Source of the DNA: Acidimicrobiia bacterium
GTDB taxonomy: Bacteria; Actinomycetota; Acidimicrobiia; Spongiisociales; ZC4RG35
Assembly: GCA_050741915.1 (NCBI GenBank)
Contig: JBOGEX010000106.1
Coordinates: 702-64,701 of the forward strand
Direction: 5' to 3'
DNA: 64,000 nt
Shown here: positions 52,531 to 62,780 of the stretch, piece by piece
Layout: each line of letters starts with the position of its first letter
How positions within the stretch are numbered: the stretch's first letter is position 1
Notes under the pieces: generated by a model
What the model saw: only the letters and a program-made list of their open reading frames with translations
Databases searched by the model: none
Told to the model about the DNA's origin: nothing
Translations under genes and position numbers: made by a program

Positions 52531-53442
52531 GTGGCCACGATGCCCCGGCGCCCCACGGCTACGTCTGCTTTTGGTTCGGGCCGTCGGGAAAGTCACGACT
52601 CCACCGACTTCTACCGGCGGTTTCCGCTTCCCGTCATTTCCTCGGACGACGGTGTCGAACCGCCCGTGGTGGTCGACCAGCTCTTCGTGGGCGACGCTCG
52701 CCTTATGAACGCCGACCAGGTGGCCGACCGATCGGTGGCTCTGGTCGTGACTTCGCCCCCGTACTTCACGGGCAAGGAGTACGAGGAAAACATCGTCGCC
52801 GGCGCCGAGCCGGATGCGTATCGCACCTACCTCGACATGCTCCGCGATGTCTTCTCAGTTTGCGGCGCCAAACTGGAACCGGGAGGGAAGCTAGCGGTCA
52901 ACGTCGCCAACCTCGGACGCCGGCCCTATCGATCGCTGGCGGCCGATCTCATCACCATTCTGCAAGACGATCTCGGTCTCCTGCTGCGCGGAGAGATTGT
53001 GTGGCGCAAAGCCAAGGGGCAGAGCGGATCCTGCGCCTGGGGTAGCTACCGAAGTCCAGCGAACCCGGTCTTGCGCGATCTCACCGAACGCGTCATTGTC
53101 GCCAGCAAGGGGCGCTTCGACCGAGCGATCAGCCGCAGCGAGCGCGAGAGGCGAGGTTTACCCCACCTCGCCACCATTTCGGCCGAGGAGTTCATGCAGG
53201 CCACTCTCGACCTGTGGGAGATTCCATCTGCGAGCGCCACTCGAGTCGGCCATCCGGCACCGTTCCCGGTCGATCTGCCCCGGCGATTGATCGAGCTCTA
53301 CACCTACGCCGGTGACCTCGTGTTGGACCCGTTCATCGGCTCCGGCACCACCGCGGTCGCGGCTCAGCAAAGTGGCCGACACTATGTGGGCTTCGACATG
53401 GAAGCGGCCTATATCGAACTGGCCCACCGGCGCCTCGCCTAG
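52531..53442 (+). CDS. beta-class DNA methyltransferase (N4-cytosine/N6-adenine; SPPY motif favours m4C), no restriction partner seen
   Basis: ORF 52531..53442 (303 aa, GTG). Motif IV LVVTSPPYF. HPAPFPVDLPRRLI and motif I LVLDPFIGSGTTAVAA at the C-terminus give the beta-class order. From memory it resembles M.PvuII-type enzymes. Confidence 0.85.
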   Translation: MATMPRRPTATSAFGSGRRESHDSTDFYRRFPLPVISSDDGVEPPVVVDQLFVGDARLMNADQVADRSVALVVTSPPYFTGKEYEENIVAGAEPDAYRTYLDMLRDVFSVCGAKLEPGGKLAVNVANLGRRPYRSLAADLITILQDDLGLLLRGEIVWRKAKGQSGSCAWGSYRSPANPVLRDLTERVIVASKGRFDRAISRSERERRGLPHLATISAEEFMQATLDLWEIPSASATRVGHPAPFPVDLPRRLIELYTYAGDLVLDPFIGSGTTAVAAQQSGRHYVGFDMEAAYIELAHRRLA

Positions 53443-53454
53443 ATCGACGACCGG

Positions 53455-53524
53455 AGCGAGCGTTGGGGGGAGTGGCCCGAAGGCCCGGAGGGGGGTGGTC
53501 CCCGGCGGCCGAAGGGCCGAGGGG
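53455..53524 (-). repeat. GC-rich structured intergenic repeat, family X (one copy plus a partial tandem duplicate)
   Basis: agcgagcgttggggggagtggcccgaaggcccggagggggg followed by tggtccccggcggccgaagggccgagggg, between the convergent methyltransferase and lon. Confidence 0.75.
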
Positions 53525-53565
53525 CGTGGTTGGTTCGTGTCCTCCCCGGCTGCGCCGGGAAATCC

Positions 53566-55872
53566 TTAGGACTCGAGGGCGAGCTCGAGGACCTGGTCGA
53601 TCGTTTCGACCGGGTGAAAAGTCATACGCTCGCGCACCGACTCGGGAATGTCGTCGAGGTCGATCTCATTCCGCTGCGGGAAAAGCACGGTGGTGAGTCC
53701 GGCCCGGTGGGCTGCCAGCACCTTCTGCTTCAACCCGCCGATGGGCAGGACCTTTCCCCGCAACGTCACCTCACCGGTCATCCCCACCTCCGAGCGAACC
53801 TTGCGGCCGGTGATGAGCGATGCGACCGCAGTCACCATCGTGATTCCGGCTGAGGGTCCGTCCTTCGGTACAGCCCCGGCCGGGACGTGGACATGGAATC
53901 GCCGCTTGAGGGCAGCTGGTTCGACCGAGAGCTCGCCGGCGTGCGCCTCGACATATGAGAGCGCGATCCGGGCCGACTCCTTCATCACATCGCCGAGCTG
54001 ACCGGTGAGGGTGAGTCCGGGCTCGCCTTCGGTGGCCGAAGCCTCGATGAAGAGCACGTCACCCCCCGTTCCCGTGACAGCCAGACCAGTGGCCACCCCC
54101 GGGACGTCGGTCCGATCCTTCGCCTCGTCGTGCCAGACCTTGGGCTTGCCGAGGTACTCAACGACATCGTCGCCGTCGACGGCGATCGCTCCGTTCTCCT
54201 CGCCATCTCGCTTGGCGACCTTGGTCGCCACCTTGCGAGAGAGCTTGCCGAGCTCTCGTTCCAGCGAACGGACTCCGGCCTCCCGGGTGTAGCGATCCAC
54301 CACCACCCCCAGGGCTGCCTCGGTGACCGAGATCTCTTCGGGCTCGAGTCCCGCCTGCCGAATCTGTCGCGGCAACAGGTGATCGCGAGCAATGGCCACC
54401 TTCTCTTCGTCGGTGTAGCCATCGAGGCGAATGACTTCAGTTCGGTCCAGGAGTGGAGCCGGAATGGTCTCAACCACGTTGGCCGTGGCGATGAAGAGCA
54501 CGTCCGAGAGGTCGAGGTCGACCTCCAGGTAGTGATCGCGGAAAGTGTGGTTCTGGGCTGGGTCCAGCACCTCCAGCAAGGCCGACGAAGGATCGCCTCG
54601 CCAGTCGCTTCCTACCTTGTCCATCTCGTCGAGCAAGAAGACAGGGTTCATAGTGGCGGCTTCGGTCAGGGCCCGGGCGATCCGGCCCGGGCGCGCACCA
54701 ACGTAAGTCCGGCGGTGTCCTCGCACCTCTGCCTCGTCACGAATGCCACCGAGGGCCACCCGCACGAACTTGCGGCCGAGGGCGCGGGCCACCGACTCGC
54801 CCAGGGAGGTTTTGCCAACCCCCGGAGGGCCGACCAGGAGAAGGATGGCGCCGGACTGACGTGAGTTCTCCTCGTTGAGTCCACGTTCCTGGCGTAGCTT
54901 GCGAACGGCCAAATGCTCGACGATTCGCTCCTTCACGTCGTGGAGGCCAGTGTGATCAGCGTCGAGCACCGCCCAGGCCTCGTTCAAGTCGAGCCGGTCC
55001 TCGGAGCGCTTTCCCCAGGGAAGGTCGAACATCGTGTCGAGCCAGGTCCTGATCCACGAATGCTCCGGTGACTGCTCGGACATCCGCTCGAGACGATCGA
55101 TCTCGCGCTCGACGGCTTCCTTCACCTTCGCGGGGAAGGCTGTGTCCTCGAGTCGAGTGCGGTAACTGTCAGACGCTCCCTGCTCCTCGCCCAGCTCCTT
55201 CTTGATCGCCTCCATCTGCTGGCGGAGCAAATACTCGCGCTGGCTCTTGTCGATCCGCTCGGCGGCGTCGTCGCGCACCCGCCGGCGCAATTCGAGGTCG
55301 GCGAGGACTTCGCGCATCCAGGTCAAGAGCTTGCCCAGACGCTCTCTTACATCGAGCGTCTCCAAGATCTCGACCTTCTGCTCCAGCGTGAGATCCGGTG
55401 AATAAACGGCGAGGTCGGCGAGCTGGGAGGGATTTTCCAGTCCGAGGATTCTTTCCGCCACCGCCCCGACTCCACGGTGCTCGAGAACCTCGGTGACGAC
55501 CGCCCGGTACTCGGTGACAAGGTCGTCGAGGGCCTCGTCGTGGACGTCGACTTCGGGATAGGGCTCGACTTCGACCCAAAGGGCACCGGCGGTGTCGGTG
55601 GAACCACTCCCTACCCGGGCTCGGCCGACTCCGGAAACGACGACGTTCCCTTCGTCATCGCTTTGCTGGATCTCGGCGATCGTTCCGACCGAGGCGTATC
55701 TCCCGGCCACTCGCGGCACCAAGATCAGCTGCCCGCCGGCCTGTTCCGACGCAGCCAAGGCGATCTTTCCCTCCGAGGTCTCGATACGGAGGGTGACGAC
55801 CATGTGGGGAAAAACCACCCCGTTGCGAAGAGGTAGAACGGGGAGGGTTTGGGTATCGAGGTTCTGGGTCAA
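53566..55872 (-). CDS. lon: ATP-dependent endopeptidase La (Lon protease)
   Basis: ORF 53566..55962 trimmed to TTG 55872 (AGGAG SD 6 nt upstream; MTQNLDTQTLPVLPLRNGVVFP). Walker A GPPGVGKTSLG. Catalytic PKDGPSAGITM. Confidence 0.95.
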   Translation of the reverse strand: MTQNLDTQTLPVLPLRNGVVFPHMVVTLRIETSEGKIALAASEQAGGQLILVPRVAGRYASVGTIAEIQQSDDEGNVVVSGVGRARVGSGSTDTAGALWVEVEPYPEVDVHDEALDDLVTEYRAVVTEVLEHRGVGAVAERILGLENPSQLADLAVYSPDLTLEQKVEILETLDVRERLGKLLTWMREVLADLELRRRVRDDAAERIDKSQREYLLRQQMEAIKKELGEEQGASDSYRTRLEDTAFPAKVKEAVEREIDRLERMSEQSPEHSWIRTWLDTMFDLPWGKRSEDRLDLNEAWAVLDADHTGLHDVKERIVEHLAVRKLRQERGLNEENSRQSGAILLLVGPPGVGKTSLGESVARALGRKFVRVALGGIRDEAEVRGHRRTYVGARPGRIARALTEAATMNPVFLLDEMDKVGSDWRGDPSSALLEVLDPAQNHTFRDHYLEVDLDLSDVLFIATANVVETIPAPLLDRTEVIRLDGYTDEEKVAIARDHLLPRQIRQAGLEPEEISVTEAALGVVVDRYTREAGVRSLERELGKLSRKVATKVAKRDGEENGAIAVDGDDVVEYLGKPKVWHDEAKDRTDVPGVATGLAVTGTGGDVLFIEASATEGEPGLTLTGQLGDVMKESARIALSYVEAHAGELSVEPAALKRRFHVHVPAGAVPKDGPSAGITMVTAVASLITGRKVRSEVGMTGEVTLRGKVLPIGGLKQKVLAAHRAGLTTVLFPQRNEIDLDDIPESVRERMTFHPVETIDQVLELALES

Positions 55873-56003
55873 AAATTGCTCCTGATAAAGAATCTGAGGG
55901 TGAAAACGCCCCGCCAGGGGGCAATATTTCGGCTTTGTGGAATATGACAATACCCTGCTCAAGTTATAGTCGTCGCAAGCACTAAATCTATGTAGGAGCA
56001 GAT

Positions 56004-57839
56004 ATGGCCCGTGCAGTCGGCATCGACCTTGGAACCACCAACAGCGTCATCGCCACGCTGGAAGGGGGCGAACCCACCATCATCCCCAACGCCGAAGGGT
56101 CTCGCACCACACCCTCGGTCGTGGCTTTCAAGGAGGGTCAGGTTTTGGTCGGCGAGGTTGCCAAGCGCCAGGCCATCACCAACCCCGACCGCACCATCCG
56201 CTCGGTCAAGCGAGAGATGGGCACCGACTGGTCCATTGCGATCGAGGGAAAGAACTACACCGCGCAGGAGATTTCGGCTCGCATCCTCATGAAGCTCAAG
56301 CGCGATGCCGAAGCCTTCCTGGGCGACACCATCACCGACGCCGTCATCACCGTTCCCGCCTACTTCGGCGACGCCCAGCGCACCGCCACCAAGGAAGCGG
56401 GCCAGATCGCCGGACTCAACGTGCTCCGAATCATCAACGAGCCGACCGCTGCCTCGCTGGCCTACGGTCTCGACAAGGAAAACACCGACCACACCATCTT
56501 GGTCTTCGACTTGGGCGGTGGAACTTTTGACGTTTCCGTGCTCGAGATCGGCGAAGGCGTCTTCGAGGTCAAAGCCACCTCGGGTGACACCCACCTCGGC
56601 GGCGACGATTGGGACCAGGCCATCGTCGACTGGTTGATAACCGGTTTCAAGAACGACCACGGGGTCGACCTGGGCAAGGACCGGATGGCAAGCCAGCGCC
56701 TCAAGGAGGCGGCCGAGAAGGCGAAGATCGAACTCTCTCAGGTTTCGGAGACGGAAGTCAACCTGCCCTTCATCACCGCTACCGTCGAGGGACCGCTGCA
56801 CCTGCAGCGCAAACTCACCCGTTCCGAATTCCAAAAGCTCACCGAGGATCTGCTCGAGAGATGCAAGGGTCCCTTCCAGCAGGCCATCAAGGACTCCGGC
56901 CTCCCGGTATCAGAAATCGACCATGTGGTTTTGGTCGGGGGCTCGACCCGCATGCCCGCCGTGCAGGAGTTGGTGAAGGGCCTCACCGGCAAAGACCCTC
57001 ATAAGGGAGTCAATCCGGACGAGGTCGTTGCTGCCGGTGCCGCCATCCAGGCTGGTGTTTTGAAGGGCGATGTCAAGGACATCCTTCTTCTCGACGTCAC
57101 TCCGCTGACCCTCGGCATCGAGACCAAGGGCGCGGTGTTGACCAAGATGATCGAACGCAACACCACCATCCCCACCCGGCGCACCGAGACGTTCACCACT
57201 GCCGCCGACAACCAGCCGGAAGTGGAGATTCACGTCCTCCAGGGCGAGCGCACCATGGCTTCCGACAACAAGAGCCTCGGTCGCTTCCAGCTGACCGGCA
57301 TCCCGCCGGCGCCAATGGGCGTCCCCCAGATCCAGGTCACCTTCGATATCGATGCCAACGGCATCGTCAACGTCCACGCCAAGGACATAGCCACCGGTAA
57401 GGAGCAAGCCATGACCATCACCGGCGGCACCGCTCTGGCCAAGGATGACATCGATCGGATGGTGAAGGACGCCGAGGCCTACGCCGAGGAGGACCGCCAG
57501 CGCCGCGAGCAGATCGAGACCCGCAACCAGGGTGATCAACTCGTTCACCAGACCGAAAAGGTTCTCGCCGAACAAGGCGAGAAGCTCTCTGCCGACGAGC
57601 GGGGAGGGATCGATTCGGCTCTGTCAGAGCTGAAGACGGCGCTGGCCGATGAGAGCTCCGACACCGCCACCCTGCGTTCCCGTATCGAGGCCCTCGTGAC
57701 CGCCAGTCAAGGGGCGTTCACCCGGATGTACCAGGAGGCCGCTCCGCAGCCCGGGGCCGGGGCCGCCGGGGACGGTGGCAGCGACGATGACGTGGTGGAG
57801 GCCGAGATCGTCGACGAGGGCGATGAACAAGCAACCTGA
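56004..57839 (+). CDS. dnaK: molecular chaperone DnaK (Hsp70)
   Basis: ORF 56004..57839 (611 aa). [40 protein letters not shown] upstream. Confidence 0.98.
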   Translation: MARAVGIDLGTTNSVIATLEGGEPTIIPNAEGSRTTPSVVAFKEGQVLVGEVAKRQAITNPDRTIRSVKREMGTDWSIAIEGKNYTAQEISARILMKLKRDAEAFLGDTITDAVITVPAYFGDAQRTATKEAGQIAGLNVLRIINEPTAASLAYGLDKENTDHTILVFDLGGGTFDVSVLEIGEGVFEVKATSGDTHLGGDDWDQAIVDWLITGFKNDHGVDLGKDRMASQRLKEAAEKAKIELSQVSETEVNLPFITATVEGPLHLQRKLTRSEFQKLTEDLLERCKGPFQQAIKDSGLPVSEIDHVVLVGGSTRMPAVQELVKGLTGKDPHKGVNPDEVVAAGAAIQAGVLKGDVKDILLLDVTPLTLGIETKGAVLTKMIERNTTIPTRRTETFTTAADNQPEVEIHVLQGERTMASDNKSLGRFQLTGIPPAPMGVPQIQVTFDIDANGIVNVHAKDIATGKEQAMTITGGTALAKDDIDRMVKDAEAYAEEDRQRREQIETRNQGDQLVHQTEKVLAEQGEKLSADERGGIDSALSELKTALADESSDTATLRSRIEALVTASQGAFTRMYQEAAPQPGAGAAGDGGSDDDVVEAEIVDEGDEQAT

Positions 57840-58416
57840 TCTCCCTGAGATCACCATCGTCGAAGCCGAGCCGGTCGAAGAAGAGACTTTCGAGCCGGTC
57901 ACCGCTGAGTCACTGGGACTCGACCTCTCCGACGACCCCGCCGAGGCAATCGAGCAGCTGGTCGAAGCCCTAGCCGGAGCCCGCAAAGAAGCCGACTCCT
58001 ATCTCGACGATCTCCGGCGAGTGGCGGCCGACTTCGACAACTACCGCAAGCGCTCGCAACGTGAGGCACGTGGGGTGGTCGACCGGGCGTCGGAGAGAGT
58101 GGTCTCTTCGTTGCTACCGGTTCTCGACAGCCTCGATGCTGCCCTCGCCGTAGAGACCAACTCCGAGACGGAGGAGAAGCTGAAGTCCGGTGTGCGCAGC
58201 ACCCGCGATCAGCTGCTCGATGTCCTGGCCAAAGAAGGTCTCGAGCCCATCGCCACCTTTGACGAGCCCTTCGATCCGTCATTGCACGAAGCCGTCACCA
58301 CCAGTGGGGAGGGCAGCGGTGAATTGATCGTGACCGACGAGTTCCGCCGAGGTTATCGCCTCAAGGACTGGGTGTTGAGAGCGAGCCTGGTCGGAGTCAC
58401 TCCCCGCGAGGAATGA
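57823..58416 (+). CDS. grpE: nucleotide exchange factor GrpE
   Basis: ORF 57775..58416 trimmed to ATG 57823. [16 protein letters not shown]...LLPVLDSLD...FDPSLHEAV. Confidence 0.9.
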   Translation: MNKQPDLPEITIVEAEPVEEETFEPVTAESLGLDLSDDPAEAIEQLVEALAGARKEADSYLDDLRRVAADFDNYRKRSQREARGVVDRASERVVSSLLPVLDSLDAALAVETNSETEEKLKSGVRSTRDQLLDVLAKEGLEPIATFDEPFDPSLHEAVTTSGEGSGELIVTDEFRRGYRLKDWVLRASLVGVTPREE

Positions 58417-58422
58417 ACGAAA

Positions 58423-59556
58423 TTGAATCGCGACTGGGTCGACAAGGACTTCTACCAGATCCTCGGCGTGTCGGGAAACGCCACGTCCGAGGAGATCAAG
58501 CGCGCCTACCGGAAGCTGGCCCAGAAGTTCCACCCCGATGCCAACCCCGGCGATAACGCCGCCGAGGAGAAGTTCAAGCAGATTTCGGAGGCGTATGGAG
58601 TCCTCTCCGATGCCTCCCAGCGCAAGGAGTATGACGAACTGCGCCGCCTGGTCGAGTCGGGCGCCTTCCGCAACTACGGAGGTCAGGGTGGTCGCGGCTT
58701 CGGAGGGCAGCGGGTCCGGGTCGAGGACCTAGGAGACATCCTCGGCGGGTTTGGCGACCTCTTCGGTTTCGGCGGTTCGCGGGGGCGGCCGGGTCCACAA
58801 AAGGGACGTGATACCACGGCCGACCTCAACATCTCCTTCGACGATGCGATCAATGGACTGGTCACCAATGTAGAGCTGCGCGGCGAAAGTCCTTGCAGCC
58901 GCTGCGGAGGCTCGGGGGCAGAGCCAGGATCGAGCATTGACGTCTGCCCGACCTGTGGTGGCGACGGGGTCGTCGCGCAGAACCAGGGCGTCTTTTCGTT
59001 CAGCCAGCCCTGCCCCCAGTGCGGCGGCAGCGGCCGACTCATCACCAATCCCTGCAGCCAGTGCCGGGGACGGGGAACCGAGGTTCGGGGCCGGACCATC
59101 AAGGTCAAAATTCCGGCTGGGGTCAAGGACGGGGCCACTGTTCGGCTGGCCGGCAAGGGATCGCCCGGAGCCAACGGGGGACCACCGGGAGATCTTCTGG
59201 TCAAAGTCCACGTCGCGAGCCATCCTCTCTTCAAGCGCAGGGGCGACGACCTCCACATCACGGTCCCGATCAGCTACACCGAGGCCACCCTGGGAACCAC
59301 CCTTGAAGTGCCGACGCTCAACGGCAAGGTCTCCATCAAGGTGCCGCCGGGCACTCCTTCCGGCAAGACCTTCCGGGTAAAGGGGCGGGGAGTGACCGGC
59401 AGCCGCCGTCCGATCGGTGACCTTTACGCCAAGGTTGAAGTAGTGGTTCCGGCCAAGATCTCGCGAGAAGAGAAGCGGCTCCTCGAGGAGCTGGCCGCCA
59501 TCGACGACGATGACCTACGCGGTCATCTCCGTGCCCGAGAAGAAACGGCTTCGTGA
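58423..59556 (+). CDS. dnaJ: molecular chaperone DnaJ
   Basis: ORF 58423..59556 (377 aa). J-domain DFYQILGVS...KFHPD, a Gly-rich linker and four CxxCxG zinc-finger repeats. Confidence 0.95.
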   Translation: MNRDWVDKDFYQILGVSGNATSEEIKRAYRKLAQKFHPDANPGDNAAEEKFKQISEAYGVLSDASQRKEYDELRRLVESGAFRNYGGQGGRGFGGQRVRVEDLGDILGGFGDLFGFGGSRGRPGPQKGRDTTADLNISFDDAINGLVTNVELRGESPCSRCGGSGAEPGSSIDVCPTCGGDGVVAQNQGVFSFSQPCPQCGGSGRLITNPCSQCRGRGTEVRGRTIKVKIPAGVKDGATVRLAGKGSPGANGGPPGDLLVKVHVASHPLFKRRGDDLHITVPISYTEATLGTTLEVPTLNGKVSIKVPPGTPSGKTFRVKGRGVTGSRRPIGDLYAKVEVVVPAKISREEKRLLEELAAIDDDDLRGHLRAREETAS

Positions 59557-59948
59557 ATCGCAAGGCTGCGGCGTTGTTCGTGATCTCCGTCGCGGCGGAG
59601 ATGTCGGGAATGCACCCCCAGACGCTTCGCATCTATGAGCGCAAGGGACTGGTCGACCCATATCGGACGCCGGGTGGAACCCGCCGCTACTCGCAAGCCG
59701 ACATCGATCGCCTATCGCTGATCCACGAGCTCACCACCCGCGGCCTCAATCTCGAGGGGGTGCGCCAGGTCCTCAGCCTCACCAACGAACTCGAGGCATT
59801 GCGAGCCGAAGTGACCCGGCTTCGACAGGAGGCGGAGAGGCTTCGCTTGGAAGCGGACCGCCGGGTTCGGGAAGCCCACAGCCTCTACCGCCGCGACCTC
59901 GTCCTCCGCTCGACCACCCTTCCTCAGGTCCGCCCCAAGAAGGCCTAA
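59553..59948 (+). CDS. hspR: MerR-family heat-shock repressor HspR
   Basis: ORF 59553..59948 (131 aa), last gene of the dnaK operon with a 4-nt overlap. [49 protein letters not shown]. Confidence 0.85.
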   Translation: MNRKAAALFVISVAAEMSGMHPQTLRIYERKGLVDPYRTPGGTRRYSQADIDRLSLIHELTTRGLNLEGVRQVLSLTNELEALRAEVTRLRQEAERLRLEADRRVREAHSLYRRDLVLRSTTLPQVRPKKA

Positions 59949-59951
59949 CGG

Positions 59952-60066
59952 CGTTTTTATGAGGTAGAGCGGCAGTTTCACTGCCGCTCTACGCGCGGAA
60001 AACAGGCGCCTTTCTTTCTCCGCGCGTGAACCGGCACTAAAAGTGCCGGTTCACCTGATAAAAACG
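59952..60066. repeat. 115-nt compound palindrome: T5 box - 13-bp hairpin - central palindrome - 13-bp hairpin - A5 box
   Basis: cgtttttatgag gtagagcggcagt ttc actgccgctctac | gcgcgga..aggcgcct..tccgcgc | gtgaaccggcact aaa agtgccggttcac ctgataaaaacg. Confidence 0.85.
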
Positions 60067-60073
60067 TCCCTCA

Positions 60074-60337
60074 ATGAAGTACTCGGGACCGGTTCGGATC
60101 ACTCTGCAAGGCGTGCTGCTCACCGTCGGGTCGGTTGAGGTCGCAGATGACGAGGAGGCCGGCACGTGGACCGGGACCTTGACCGTGCTCGACGACACCG
60201 GGGTCGCCGGCAAGGCTCTCGTGGTCGACCTCGTGATGGGCGACCTAACAGGGAAGGCCCAATTGATCCCAGAACGGGTCGAGGGCGAGTTCGCCATCTC
60301 TCGGGTAGTCGGCCTTGCCCCCGTTGGGCCTAGATAG
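60074..60337 (+). CDS. hypothetical small protein (87 aa)
   Basis: ORF 60074..60337 has high GC3 in this frame. The overlapping antisense ORF 60037..60297 looks like a shadow frame. No family recognised. Confidence 0.45.
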   Translation: MKYSGPVRITLQGVLLTVGSVEVADDEEAGTWTGTLTVLDDTGVAGKALVVDLVMGDLTGKAQLIPERVEGEFAISRVVGLAPVGPR

Positions 60338-61628
60338 AGGCCTTCCGCGTTCGAGCGCTCGCTTCATCCAGCATCTGGGCTGCCTCTTCCGCATGCAAGG
60401 GATGGAAGTTGCGATTGAGGTCGAGAGCGACGGCCAGATCCGTAGCCGCCCGGGCCTGATCACCAAGTGCCAGCCAGATCGCCCCTGAATGAAAATAGAG
60501 AAAGGCATCGCGGGTGCCGAGAGACATGGCCTGATCCATTGCCTCTCGGGCCTCGGCGAACCGGTCGAGGTGGTAGAGCGTCCAGGCCAGGGTGTCGTAT
60601 CCATAAATGTCCTGTCGCTCTTCGAGTCCCTTACGAGCGATTACCAGCGCGTCCGCGGCCTGTCCGTTTTCGGCCTGGTACAAGGCCAGGTTTCGGTCGT
60701 AAACCCCAGGAGAGAGCTGGGCGATCGCCTCAACCGTGGCATAGCTGTCGGATGCCAAATCGAGCTGTCCAGTAATGGTGTAGAGGTCGCCGAGAGCAAC
60801 CATGATCTCCGGTCGAGGAACGGCCGTGGCGGCCTCCTCGTAAAGCTCGATAGCATGATCAAAGTCACCCCGAGCCGCGCTGACCTTGGCACGCCCGGCC
60901 AGCGCCGACCAATACCCGGGAAGCAGCTCAGTTGACGCCTCGTAGCGGCGATCTGCTTCTCTGAGATTCCCGATGGAGTAGTTGAGATCACCGAGTCGCA
61001 CCTGGAACCAGGCCGCTTCTTCGCCAACTCCTCCGGCCTCGAGATGATCCGCAGCAGCTTGCTCGGTTTGGAGGATGGCCGACTCGATGCCCCCCGAGAG
61101 TTCGTCGAGGTGAGCCACGCGGGCTCGGAGACCGGGTGAGCCACCGCTCGAAGCGAGCTCGGAATAGGCACTGGCAGCTCCCTGATAGTCACCCGTGGCG
61201 ACGAGCACGTCTCCGACCACGGCTAGAGCTCCCAGACGGGGATCAAGCTCCTGGGCCAGCCGGGCAGTGGCGAGTGCCTCCTCGAAACGATGTTGGGCGG
61301 CCTGGACGGCTGCCAGGGTCAGAACTGCGGGGCCGTAGTTGGGCTGGTGGGCAAGGGCTTGGTTGAGAGCGGCTTCGGCTCTCGTCAATTCATTCACATC
61401 TCCTGTTTCGCGACTGCGCCGGGCATGAAGCTGGGCCAGGAGGGTGAGATTGATCGGATTGGGATCGCCGTCCGTCCGCTCCTGAAAGAGGGCTATGGCG
61501 GCGGGGGTGTCTGGCACGGGATTGTCCCCGCTGGGATAACTGCCAGCGACCGTGGCTGGCAGTAACCCGGGAACTACTACTGCCAGCCCTACGCCAATTA
61601 GGACAACAGAAAGATTTCGAAATCTCAT
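60330..61628 (-). CDS. tetratricopeptide-repeat protein with an N-terminal signal/anchor
   Basis: ORF 60330..61685 trimmed to ATG 61628 (MRFRNLSVVLIGVGLAVVVPGLL). Repeated A..Y..AL...P TPR-like units run throughout. Confidence 0.7.
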   Translation of the reverse strand: MRFRNLSVVLIGVGLAVVVPGLLPATVAGSYPSGDNPVPDTPAAIALFQERTDGDPNPINLTLLAQLHARRSRETGDVNELTRAEAALNQALAHQPNYGPAVLTLAAVQAAQHRFEEALATARLAQELDPRLGALAVVGDVLVATGDYQGAASAYSELASSGGSPGLRARVAHLDELSGGIESAILQTEQAAADHLEAGGVGEEAAWFQVRLGDLNYSIGNLREADRRYEASTELLPGYWSALAGRAKVSAARGDFDHAIELYEEAATAVPRPEIMVALGDLYTITGQLDLASDSYATVEAIAQLSPGVYDRNLALYQAENGQAADALVIARKGLEERQDIYGYDTLAWTLYHLDRFAEAREAMDQAMSLGTRDAFLYFHSGAIWLALGDQARAATDLAVALDLNRNFHPLHAEEAAQMLDEASARTRKASI

Positions 61629-61685
61629 CTTGACCTCCCTGGTGGAGCGACCCCCGGGCCGCTCCACCAGATCGCGCTCTCTCAA

Positions 61686-62723
61686 CTAGTTCTTGGGGGC
61701 CAGATAGGGGAAGTCGTCGCTAAAGGCGGAGTCGTTCCCCACGCAATCGGTGGTAACGGCTCCGTTGGTGACTATCCCCAGCTCGGCGTCGATCACATCG
61801 TCGGCCAGTTGCCTTCCGTTGAGGAAACCGGCGGTTGAGCCGAAATCGACTGTGAGGAGGTCGGGGAGAAGGATGTCCGTGAGCGCGTCCACAGTCGGAT
61901 TTCCTGCGCCGTAGAAAATCTCGAGGGTGTCCACCACTTCGCTCCGGAAGTCACGCTGATCGTGCTGTGGCTTTCCTGAGTTGAAGGCGTTTCTCTGCGA
62001 CGGCTCCGAACCGGCCGGCTCGAAGATGTTGTTAGGGATAAATACCGTGTTGATCGCTGGCCTCCCCATCCGGTCAATCTGCCGATCGTTGAGCATGGTC
62101 CGCGCCCAGATTCCGACCGTTCCCGCCAGCTCCTCTCGAGGAAACTCGAAGACGATTGCCTGGGTGTTGAGTCCCAAGAAGAAGTTGCTCGTGTCCCCAT
62201 CTCCAGGCGCGCAAGCAAAGTCAGCCGCAAGGAAGTTGACCAGATCGAAGAAGAACGGGTCGTCGAACGTTCCCGCGGTGATCTTTACCTCGCCGTCGAG
62301 ATCGATCGTCTGTCCGGTAATTCCGTCTACTTTCAGCCCACCTCCTTTGACTTTGAGCCGATACGCCTGCTGGCCGTCGGCATCAGCCGGTTCAAAGTCG
62401 ATCCGAGCCCAATCATCGGGTTTGGCATCTCCGTCGGTGTCGGCCAAGAACTCGTAGATGGCATCGGGGTGGAACCCCAGTTGGCCCGTCAAGGCGCCCG
62501 CGGCCGGATTAACGGTCATGATCAATACGGCATGATCCGCCGCGGAGGGCGACTGAAAGGCATAGACATCATTGATGTCGAGCCTTGAGTCACCACCCGG
62601 CGGGGTCAGCCCGGGAGCATCGAGATGGTCGGCGGCGAGGAGACCCGTCGGTCCCGCCGTCACCACCACTGTCAACGCGGCGACGGCCGCAAACACCGCC
62701 ACCTTTCTAAGAAGCGCACGCAT
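61686..62723 (-). CDS. secreted DUF4331 domain-containing protein
   Basis: ORF 61686..62909 trimmed to ATG 62723 (AAGGAG SD; signal peptide MRALLRKVAVFAAVAALTVVVTAG). ADHLDAPGLTPPGGDSRLDINDVYAF is the DUF4331 N-terminal signature as I recall it. Confidence 0.8.
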   Translation of the reverse strand: MRALLRKVAVFAAVAALTVVVTAGPTGLLAADHLDAPGLTPPGGDSRLDINDVYAFQSPSAADHAVLIMTVNPAAGALTGQLGFHPDAIYEFLADTDGDAKPDDWARIDFEPADADGQQAYRLKVKGGGLKVDGITGQTIDLDGEVKITAGTFDDPFFFDLVNFLAADFACAPGDGDTSNFFLGLNTQAIVFEFPREELAGTVGIWARTMLNDRQIDRMGRPAINTVFIPNNIFEPAGSEPSQRNAFNSGKPQHDQRDFRSEVVDTLEIFYGAGNPTVDALTDILLPDLLTVDFGSTAGFLNGRQLADDVIDAELGIVTNGAVTTDCVGNDSAFSDDFPYLAPKN

Positions 62724-62780
62724 CTTTTTCTCCTTCCGTGAGAACGCCTCCGGTCCCTTGTTCGGAGGCTCAATGGCGTT

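Noticed and set aside
55959-56834. 291-aa minus-strand ORF overlapping the start of dnaK.
   Set aside because: It is an antisense shadow of dnaK. Similar shadow ORFs were rejected at 8546..9517, 16936..17886, 32823..34088, 35907..36785, 39904..41037, 41005..41886, 46206..47084 and 56910..57575.
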